DNA from: Chrysomallon squamiferum
Lineage: Eukaryota; Animalia; Mollusca
Length of the DNA stretch: 64,000 nucleotides
Assembly (NCBI GenBank): GCA_012295275.1
Contig: CM022675.1
Coordinates: forward strand, 15,996,001-16,060,000
Reading direction: 5' to 3'
This document shows, piece by piece, positions 52,851 through 64,000 of this stretch. How positions within the stretch are numbered: the stretch's first letter is position 1; each line of letters opens with the position of its first letter. The translations under genes were made by a program, and so were the position numbers. The notes under the pieces are model-generated. The model saw only the letters and a list, made by a program, of their open reading frames with translations, made no database searches and had not been told where the DNA came from.

Positions 52851-54253
52851 AATAATAAATAATTAAATAGTAAATAATAAACACACAAACAAAAACACAA
52901 ATAAACAAACAAACACACAAACAAATAAATAAATGTCTAAATAATTAAGTAACTAAGTAGATAAATAAATAAACACCTAAAACAAATAAATAAATATATA
53001 AAAAGGAAACAAAGAAAGAAATTTAAATAAACTCTGGATTCGTACTGAATAAACTGAATCTGAAGAATGAATGTTAACAATTTTAATTACACAATTTGGA
53101 TGAACAATAAAGAAAGTGAAGTGAAAGTTTAGAAGACAATGCAAGTTAGAGGAAGGAAATGAGATTAATTTTCTACGTAGGCGGGGAATTCTGTCAATAT
53201 TTCTTCAAAAAAGAACGGAACTAATGATATTTCTCTAAATGAAGCATTCATTTTTGTTGCTGTAAATTTTTTGTGTATATAATCAGTTTGATCAAGTCAC
53301 GTGTACGACTCTGGATGAGAAACATGTGTGACGAGTGTTATTTATCAGCAAAACTTAAACATTAGGGGAAGACCGGGGTTCTGTTAAAATATAATACTAA
53401 TACTAATACTACTACTAATACTAATACTACTAATACTAATACTAATAATAACTAATAAATACTAATAAAAATAAATAATACTACTAATGATGATGATAAT
53501 GACTAATAATAATAATAATACTAATACTACTACTAATAATAATAATAAAATAATGATGATGATGATGATGATGATGATGATAATTAATACAGATATTGAT
53601 AATGATAATAATAATAATGATGATGATGAAATAAAAAATAATCTATTAAATGAAAATATTATTAAATATTTTTAAAGTTTTGTGATACATTATATCTGTG
53701 ATGCTTTTGTATATCGTCTGTTATAATGAAAACAAGTTTTGAAAATGAAACAATACCACTAAGTATAAGATTTTAACTTGGATAAGTTAATTATTTAATT
53801 ATGTTGTTGTTGTTGTTGTTTTTGTTGTTGTTGTCGTTTTTTCACAATTATGCAGAAGACAATAATGTTTGGATGGATATGCAGTCTGGATTCCACAGTG
53901 AAGTTGACACAAAATATTCTCTATCTCAAATAACAACAAAGACATGAGAAACCAGCCAGACTCATCGATATGTCGATTATAATAAATATTTTCTCTTACT
54001 GATTAAGTAATAGATACATCTACTGTTAAGTCTGTTATAAGAAAATATTTTGACTAAGCGACTGAAGTAAACTATTGTATTGAACTGTTTAACTATAAAA
54101 TTGGTAAGAAAACCTTTTAAGATTTAAAATATATATATCTTATCCGATCTTTAATAACGCATGATTTTCGCAGTCATAAAACGCGGACGTAAACGAAGTC
54201 AAAACAAGACGTAACTTAACGGGTCGGTTAACATTTTGATATTTATCGTTATT

Positions 54254-54295
<42 letters not shown>

Positions 54296-55902
54296 CGGTC
54301 TGACAATTGGTAGATGAGACTGAATCTTCTGCACTTTGCCAGTGATTTGTTGGGAGACTGGTATAACTACATCTCTGTCGGTTCGTTACTTTGACAATAG
54401 ACAGTTAACATCAAATGTTTGTCGAGCCTAATCATGTCCTCTTTACAGTTTATATTAAAATGTTTGCAGATGGATGTGAGCAAACACTCATTTGAAACCG
54501 GCCTGTGTTGTATACATTATTTAACAATAAAATACTTAAAATGAGTATATTAATGAAAAAAACGTTTAATGGGTTTAAAAAACGTAATAATAATGATAAT
54601 AATAGTATATAGTAGTAGTAGTAGTAATAATAATAATAATAATAATAGCAATAATAATATTAATAATAATTAATAGCAATAATAATACCAATAATAATAA
54701 CAATAACAATAATAATAGCAACAATAATAATATAATAGAAATACTAATAAAAATAGCAACAGTAATAATAATAATAACAGTATGTGTCTCATTCTCTGTA
54801 ATCTTTGACAAATTACATCAGACTACTGTCGAGTGAAAACATTACTACCTACTCGGACATGTTTTTTTTTTTTTAATCTACATCTTTAATCTACTCTGCT
54901 TTTTCACGATGTATCACAGAATCATTTTAGTCGTTTCACTTCAAATATGTAGGATTTATCGTTTCGAAAAAGAATATTCATCGGAGAGTAACACTTAACA
55001 TAAGCAAACATTCACTTTTTTTCAGTACTTTTCTGATATTTAACAAGATTTCTGGGTTACCCTGCTAGGAAACAAAGTGTTTGTCTGCAGTGTAACCATC
55101 AAACATCGAAACGTTTACAGTAATTAGAGTCGATGAGTCTTCAATGACTTTCAATAATTCTCAGTTTGTTCAAAGCAAACAGTGCATGGATTTTCCGTGC
55201 CGACAGAGGGGGCTGTTGCCCTAGGTAACAGTGTATTACATTCTCCCAAACCACTGTCACGTGTCGTGTCCATTTCAATATCTGACGTCATCGAGTCGTC
55301 TGTATGTATTGTAAATGCAGATTACACTCGCCATTTCTAGATCAAATAGCATAAAGTTACGAACATGTTACATTTTTTTGTGCTTTGTTTGTTCAAGCAG
55401 TTAATATCCTAATGTGACGTTACATTAGTTGTATTGGAAAGCAGAAGTTTTTATTTTATATATCAAAGGTGGGGGAAAAAGCTGTCCTGATTAATGTCTA
55501 CCAAATTAGTTGAGTATGTTTTTTATTTTTTTTTTTTTTTATTTATTTCATTTTTTTCGTTTCGTTTGTTCGTCACCTGAAATAGACCAGTTGTGTTTAA
55601 ACTATAAACCTTGTAAGAGATACACCGAAATATTACTAGATTTAAAATATATCTTAAAAGGTTTGTGAGATTGTGTTTGATGAGTGGTTCAAAGCCACAC
55701 AATATTATTTTCATTTTATGGATATCGAAGACGTTTCAAACTGAAATAGAGAAAAATTAGAAATTTAAGTAAATGTATGATAATCTGTAAAGAATACATT
55801 GACGTAATATTGAAAAGGCAGGGCATAGTCGATGGGCATCAAATTTGATGAGTAATTCTGGTGGATAAGAAATTAATCAAGTATAATAATAATAATTAAT
55901 TA

Positions 55903-55903
55903 T

Positions 55904-55965
<62 letters not shown>

Positions 55966-56232
55966 CTAGTATAGGACACTTACACAGAGCATGCTTCAAG
56001 TGCAAAAATGTAATTTTCCAGCCTTTTTTTAAAATTTAACGCACACCTCAACCCTCTGGGGAGCCTACAGGTTCTGTTGCTATACTGACACATTTCACTA
56101 ATCACACACGTCCATCACGTCCTCGCAGGTTCTCAGTTATGGCTGAGTGAACCTCAGTCACCACGTGACACCACTGCAGCTCCGATGACTCGAACCAGCG
56201 ACCTTCGCGTTACGCTCCATCAACTGCGCTGT
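55903..56232 (-). mobile_element. Degenerate tRNA-derived SINE with (TAC)n tail
   Basis: Minus-strand Pol III B box GGTTCGAGTC (56187-56196) in a tRNA-like head. Body contains CTGTAGGCTCCCCAGAGGGTTGAG, recalled as similar to conserved Nin/Deu-type SINE cores. The 3' end runs into a trinucleotide repeat. Confidence 0.65.
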
Positions 56233-57894
56233 CACGTGACCAACTTGTATTTTAACAGTTTTGTTTACGTCACAGCAGCTTTCTGGGACTTTCCATTCAT
56301 CTTGACAAAATGTTACAAATGAAACTGAAGAGTTCTGTGGCACATATTTTGAAAATACATATTCGTGCAGCTGGTTAAGAACAACTGAGTTCACGAAAGA
56401 GGAAACCCGATGGTGCCATGCAGGTTGTATCTTTTCCAAATAGCAGAAAATGATGTTTTATATCATCCATCCAAAGACAGGCAAACGTATACCTCGACCT
56501 TTGACAAACCAGTGGATTACCATTAGCTGGAACGGGAAAATACGACATAGAGACAATCTTGTATGATCTCCTCAAAGATATCAATTATACTGATATTGCC
56601 GACAAGGATAAAACATATCCCGGACCTTGATAAACCAGTCGAGCAGCATTGCCTGGAACGGGAAAATGCCACTTTGGTCCATACAGATTTTCTTAATAAC
56701 GACATTCAAATAACTGAGATATGTACAGTCATATCCATCATCATCACCATGACCATTATCTTATTATAATAAAAAAATCAATGTAATCATCATCATCATC
56801 ATTATTATTTTTATCATCACTGTCATCATCATTATTACTCTTGTTCTCATTGTCATCGTCATTGCAGTTATTTATTACTGTTGCTGTTGATGTGTTGTGA
56901 TGGTGCTGGTGTAAGTTGTTCAGTTGTTGTTGCTGCTGTGCTACTGTTATTACTTTTATCATTATCATCATCATTTTATTACTATTGTTATTACTTTTAT
57001 CATCATCATTTTATTACTATTGTTATTATTAGTTAAATGATTGTTGTTGTTGTTAATATTAGAAAATAAAAAAAAAACTATTTCAGCAGAGTTTTTTCTG
57101 TGTTTTCTTCTCTTTTTTATTAAAAAAAAATCTTGGTTTTTTTCTTGTTTTTCTTTTTTCTTCTTTCTTTTTTATTATTATTTTTTTTTTTTTATTATTT
57201 TTTTTTTTTCGGTTATTAATATTTTTTACACAAACCAGGTAATTTGTACATGTTTCTTTATTTCACATTCTTCCCAACAACGCAGCTTACTTTGATGTTT
57301 CGAATTACTCTTCAAAACTTAATCAAAAACCACATGCCGATGAAAAAAAACCCAACACAAATGATTAAAAATTAATAAAAAATATATACACATTTGTTTA
57401 GTCTGCACATGGTTATTACGTGGCACCCTGTCATAGAATATTTATTTTTGGAAATACCTCATTTTTCTTCTAATTGTCGTTTTAATTATTGATAAAGGGG
57501 AAGGGAGATTACTCACACAATTAGTTTATTACTGTGAGTCGGCCGCAGACGAGTCTTATGGAAACGGAAGGAAAATCCATCAACATAATTACGACACAGT
57601 TTGCTGATTTTTATTATGTAGGTCTTATTATTGTTACTTTACTTTTCAATTAACTATTAGCCACACTTTTCTCTTCCTACAAACAAAATTAATTAGAAAA
57701 TGTAAGTCTCTGGGTTTAACGTTTGCAAAGGCAAACATAAAAGTCTAACATTTGATGTAGAAATATTTTGTAATCAGTATTATTCACTATTAAAACATTC
57801 TTTTTTCTTCTTCTTCTTGTTCTTCCTCTTCTTATGCTTTCTATTTTTCTTTCTGATTCATTTCATCTTCTTTCTTTTTGTATCTCCTTGAGTT

Positions 57895-57963
<69 letters not shown>

Positions 57964-58138
57964 GTGAGTGTATGCATTAAATGCATTGTATGAATATTTA
58001 AAGTATAGCAACATCTGTGTCTGGAGACTGAATGATTACTCACGTATGTTGTAGAGAGGAGCAGAGTACAAGCAAGATCACTCGTGTGTCTGCCTCTTCG
58101 TGATGTTATCTTAACTGATTTAGTACTTCACATTTAGT

Positions 58139-58244
<106 letters not shown>

Positions 58245-58580
58245 CCACACATAACATGAATATCAGCTGTGTTTAAGGTGGAATGTCCACACTAAATTCA
58301 GTATGTGAGATCATCGATAAACACATTTAATTTTTTAACAAGACTTTTACAAACTGAAATCTCCTCCAGTTTCTCTCTGCTGTAATTACCCAATATTCGA
58401 TTTTCCAAGTCGTCCTTATCATATTTTTTTATCTCCCAACTGATAAAGTAAATCAGATCTGAACAATTTTTGTATCGTCTTAATATTTATATGGTTTAAT
58501 CCTCGTTCAAGGCTTCACGTATTGTTGTTATTGGTGTTGTTGTCGTTGGTGCTGTTGTTATTGTTATTGTCATGATAATG

Positions 58581-58628
<48 letters not shown>

Positions 58629-59999
58629 GGTATTCTTCTTCTTGTTGCTGTTATTGATATTATTATTGTTGTTGTTGGTGTTGTTGTCTTTGTTGTTGCT
58701 GCTGCTGTTGCTGCTAATTTGTTTCTTTTTTTTAGAGATTTCTATTTTAATTATTTAATAGATATTAAACCTACTTTATTTCCTGTTTAATGAAATCCAT
58801 AAGAGGAAACAAAAAGAGATATTTCGTTTATAGGTTTTCTTCGGCAGAACAGCACATACCTCAGTATTTGAAGAACTATCAACATAAGTAATTACGTCAA
58901 ACATTGGTTGTATTCATTAATAATAAGATTATTTCCATAGCTCTATGTTATACGAAACGTATAAAGAACGCTAAACAAACAAAAAAAGTAAGATCTTTAA
59001 TCTATATCAACATACGTAAAGCCTGTGAGTATTAGTTGAGTTAAAATGTGCATTGTTATTCCACACAAACCCTGCACGTAACAGATAATCGACGAATTAA
59101 TTCTGCAGAAAACAAGTAAAACTATTGAAGCCGAGGAAGCCATTATTAAGAGGACGGTGATATCCCCAGAGTTAGTAGTGTGCGTTATTCGAACCCGCGT
59201 CACACCGCAGATGAGCGTCAATTGGATCAGTGAAGGGAAAGAGATAAACGTTATTACATTACCACGCGCAGACAAACCACTGATTATTTCACAAGACGGA
59301 GACGTAATCCCGATGGGGCTCGTTTGTTCAGATGTTCGCTTTTATTCTTCTCAAGCAAAACCAATCCATCAAATGTGCACGTCCATTGCGGATTTCAGCC
59401 GAGTGTTCTTCAACTAACGTTTTCAAGTTCATTCAGATAGATGATACACCAGTCTTACAGTGATGAAGTTTAAATATATTGATTTATATACTGTGAACGT
59501 GAAGAATATATTTTTAATGATGTTATATTTAGAGTATATAGCGGGTTTATAAAATTCTCGTTTCTCAAGGTAAAATTAAGATTGAAAGTTTATTTTCTTT
59601 TTCCTTGATCACAATTTACTGTCACTCCACTTTAACATCTACATACATACACACATACATCCATACATACATACGTGCATTCATACATACATACTGCACT
59701 TGTTCATACAAAAATACATATATACATACATACATAAATACATACGTACATACATACACACGCAATTATACCATAAATTAATATAAAAAATTCACACACA
59801 TATACATACAGATACACACATATACACACAGAGAGAGAGAGCTCATGATATAAGAAAAATCAGTTTCAGCTTACTCGATAAACAAAACCGACTGAAGTTA
59901 TACATCACTGAAAAACATTTTAAAAATACAATAATCTTTTAATCAATCTGTTAAAGTGCATCGGTGTTTGGGGAATAAATAACAAGTCTGTGTATGAAA

Positions 60000-60103
<104 letters not shown>

Positions 60104-60889
60104 CAGTGTGTGCCTTTTTGAGTGTGCGTGTGATCGTGTAATTCCATTTGTGTATTAATAGTGTGCGTTAGTTTTACGGATTTGTATGTTTTTATGTGTC
60201 TGTGAGTATGTGTTTGAATGTGTGTAAGTATACACATGTGTATGATTACATGTGTATGTGTGTTTTTGTCTGTGCGTGTTTGATTAGTCAGTGTGATCAG
60301 CAAATATATCTGAACTGAAGCCTACCCGTACAAATCAGATACCTGACTACATTATTTTACTTCCGAGTTGTTACATCACTGCTTTTCACAGACCTGTCAT
60401 CGCTCTTAAAGTCTTTTTAATATTCTTACAAAACATTCGAGCGCTGCCATTTTACCCCTTTACAAACTAGTTGTGACGTCATCACGTAACTTACCATAGA
60501 ATTTCTCTTTAGAGCAAATCTCTCCCCTCTAACGTCATGACGTCACTTCAGAATCATTGCCAGATATTTTTAAACTTTACTTTTTTTGTGTTATTAATTA
60601 AGACTGGATGGCAGATAAAGTAAAGTAAAATAAAACGCAACTTCAAAGTATGCAGAATAATTTTTTGACTATTTCTGCGTCTTTCCAGCGGTTTAAGGCT
60701 GAAAGATTAACCACTGAGAATAACACAGATTAAAATTTACTAATTTTGTTGCTTAACGTGGCTGGGGAAGGGCGTTTTTAAAGAATAAAATTAAAAAGAC
60801 ACTCCCAGCATGAAATATCTGGGTATAGAAAATAAGTTAATACAAATAGTGTAATTATTTAAATAATTTCTTAACAAATATAAATGAGC

Positions 60890-60935
<46 letters not shown>

Positions 60936-61334
60936 TATATAATATTTAAATCTGTGTTTTTTTCGAAATCATTATTTGAATACTGAGTATTTCTTTCTTT
61001 GCATTTCTGAGTATTTAATGTAAAGTAAAAATAATTTACCAACAAAAGAAAAAAAGAAAAAGAAACGCAGTATCTGTGTAATATATTTGGTATTAAAGTA
61101 ATTTTTATTATTCAAAAAATATATCTCATAAAAATACATAATATTAGGTGCGTTAATAAATATTATTGTCATACAATAGATGCATCGACATTTTGTTAGA
61201 TTTCTACTGAAATACATTAGTTTAAATGAACTTGTATAATATAGATTCATTTTTGCAAAAGAAAATCCGAGCAGGTACATACCCTAGTCTACATTTAGTA
61301 ACATTCTTGGAATTAACTTATTAGATTTACAAAA

Positions 61335-62180
61335 ACAAGTTTGATTTGTACAAATACATAATCTGAAATACGTAATCTATAAAATATTTGTATAATCTAC
61401 GTTTTTCTGAAATAACTAGCTTTGACTAATCTATCTACATTTATGGAAATACGTACGTTAACTTGCATAATCTATATTTACTGAAATGGGAGTTTGACTT
61501 CTCTATAATCTACCTTTACTGAAAAACTAGGTTTGTATAATCTAAATTTACTGAAATATTTAAAGTTAGCTCGTATAATCTGCATTTACTGAAATAAGTG
61601 GGTTTTTTTTTTAATCTATAATCTACATAATCTAATAAGTATTTTGATTGTTGTAATACACATTTTTAATCTATAATTACTGAAATAAGTATTTTGATTG
61701 CTATAATATACATTTTTTATCTATATTTAATGAATAAGTATTTTCAAAGCTGAAATGTACATTTTTAATCTACATTTATTGAAATAAGTATTTTGATTGC
61801 TGTAATACACATTTTAAATCTACATATTCTGATATAAGTATTTTGATTGCTGTAATATACATTTTTGATCTATATTTAATGAATAAGTATTTTGAAAGCT
61901 GAAATATACATTCTTAATCTACATTTACTGACATCGGTATTATGATTTCTGTAATATATATTTTTAATTTACATTTACTGAAATAAGTATTTTGATTTAC
62001 ATGTTTAATCTGCATTTACTGAATAAGTATTTTGAAAACTGAAATGTACATTTTAAATCTAAATTTACTGAAATACGTATTTTGAAAGCTGAAATGTGCA
62101 TTTTTAAATCTCTGTTCACTGAAATAAGCATTTTCACTGCTATAATATACATTTTTAGTCTGAATTTACTGAAATACGTT
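61335..62180. repeat. ~50-bp minisatellite (AATCTACATTTACTGAAATAAGTATTTTGATTGCTGTAATATACATTTTT) with shorter, diverged units on the left
   Basis: TTTACTGAAATAAGTATTTTG recurs at a ~50-bp period. Confidence 0.9.
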
Positions 62181-63038
62181 GTGGAGACATTTACAGTCAG
62201 TATATAGGTTTAACGTGATCTCTTACAGAACAAATATAAATTCTTTAAACAGACGCAGAGGCTCTAATTTTAGATGTTTGCGATTATAAAGAAGTTATTT
62301 TTGTACAGCAATTAATCTGAATGCTATTTTTACACCCTATGCCGCAGCACAAACACATAAATTGTTCTGAAGTAATAACGAAAATAAACTCGATATCAGA
62401 AATAATTACGAACACCATAACACGTTTGTGCGTGTTTTCGACCTAATCCTAATTTCACAAACTCTATTCACGACGTTTTGTGATCTGTCAGTTTCGTTAT
62501 AAAGATAGCGTGAAATAAAAATATAATTTATCGTTTCATAATTTATTGCAGTATATGTGCGTTGTGTTAATTCTATTTTTAAATATTCCTTTGTGATTTT
62601 AAATAAATAATCGTGCAATTAAGATTTCATTCAATAAACGATTATTATAATTTGATTCAACAAACCATTTTTATCATAATAATAATAATAACAGTAACAA
62701 CAATATAACCAAGAAAACCGTATCTGTGACAAAAGAAAAATAGTTATTTTGCATAGTTGAAATATAAATTGCATAAAATCTATAATATATACAAAATAGA
62801 TAAGGTTATATACACACAAGTATTATTATGTTATTGAATTAATTAAAACATAAAAAACAGCTGCAGCAGCTGAACACTAATTGTAAATCACAGCCAATAT
62901 TGTTATTTGAAACTCTACAAATACAGTTCTAACTGCAGACTATAAAACCCAAACCGTAACTTCATATACATAAAAGCATTATTATTACGATGATGATGAT
63001 GATGAAGATGATGATAATAAATAACTATAATGATGAAT

Positions 63039-63077
<39 letters not shown>

Positions 63078-63112
63078 TAAAACAACAACAATAATAATAA
63101 CAGTACTACTAC

Positions 63113-63164
<52 letters not shown>

Positions 63165-64000
63165 CTGATGAAAATAAAAAAAATATGGAAGCCTATATTA
63201 AGATTAAGTTAGTAAGAAACGAAGTTCTGGTTATTATTAAATATTCTATATGTTCGCATTTTTTATCGTAAATATATTTTGATTGAATGGCACAGTGAAG
63301 AATTTTATTTTTTCACAAAACAGTCTAGAATAGTATTTAAAAATTACAACAGTAGAACACACATATGAAAATGACGTCACAGGAGCCGAAAGCATTCGTT
63401 TGATTTTTATCAAGATATTTGTAAATATCGCTTACATTAGAATTATCTTCACAATGAAATTTAATCTTACTTGAATGTGGAAAATAAAATTTAATTAATT
63501 TTTCACCTTTTTGGGACTTCTAAAATGTTCTGTGTATTTGTTGAGTTAACGTTTTTCAAAAAGAGTAAAACTGTGTCAATGTGAACTGGTGACAAAAAAA
63601 AAAAAAAAAAAAAAAAAAAAGAAAAAGAAAAAAAGAAAAAGAAAAAAGAAAGAAAGAAGAAGAAAGGTGAAAACGACTATAAGAAAGCACTGGTTACATG
63701 TCAACATCAAACGATACATATAATAACAGTCATAAATATTATCAATGAAAAACATCTTCTTTTATATGAAAATAAAAAAATAAAAAATAAAACAGATGAT
63801 GAAGAAGAAAAAAAGAAGAAGAAAAAGAAAAACAGACAATAAATAAATTAATAAATAAACAAACAAACAAAAAGAAAAACAAACAAACAAACAAATACAT
63901 TTTAGAAAGTCGAAAGGATATTTGTCGTCATGTTTAGGAATTCGTATTAGGGTTCTACTGTTAATATTAGCAACAAAGTGTCTTAGTTAAGTTTTACACT

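Noticed and set aside
56150-56235. tRNA gene
   Set aside because: A B box is present but no intact cloverleaf; it is better explained as a SINE head.
58997-59417. Overlapping 92-aa and 86-aa ORFs in a GC-richer patch
   Set aside because: No recognisable motif or splice-consistent partner exons; more likely regulatory DNA.

Overview
AT-rich, microsatellite-dense eukaryotic DNA, almost certainly molluscan (probably gastropod), judged from the neuropeptide gene and TTAGGG-type telomeric motifs. From left to right: (1) a ~5.6 kb satellite array grading from a homogeneous 100-104 bp unit into degenerate ~39 bp monomers; (2) ~160-220 bp repeats carrying (CCCTAA)n tracts, interrupted by a decayed LINE ORF1, giving a subtelomere-like arrangement; (3) a CpG-poor stretch with no convincing ORF; (4) a 9-exon plus-strand gene assembled by hand (20323-27721, 348 aa, no family recognised, RFX X-box-like site just upstream, Tc2/pogo-type MITE in intron 8); (5) a decayed Tc1 transposase with a nested hAT MITE (perfect 8-bp TSD); (6) a minus-strand LFRFamide (sNPF-type) neuropeptide precursor gene, whose signal-peptide exon (35635-35722) lies in a frame the ORF track does not show, with a candidate non-coding first exon and promoter near 49.5-49.8 kb; (7) ~28 kb with no coding exon found, rich in CpG patches, CRE and X-box motifs, a SINE and minisatellites. 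Most ORFs in the supplied track are microsatellite artefacts. I see no clear new multi-gene system. The best novelty candidates are the orphan gene, the extra peptides in the LFRFamide precursor and the telomere-motif satellite. All gene models and counts were made by eye.
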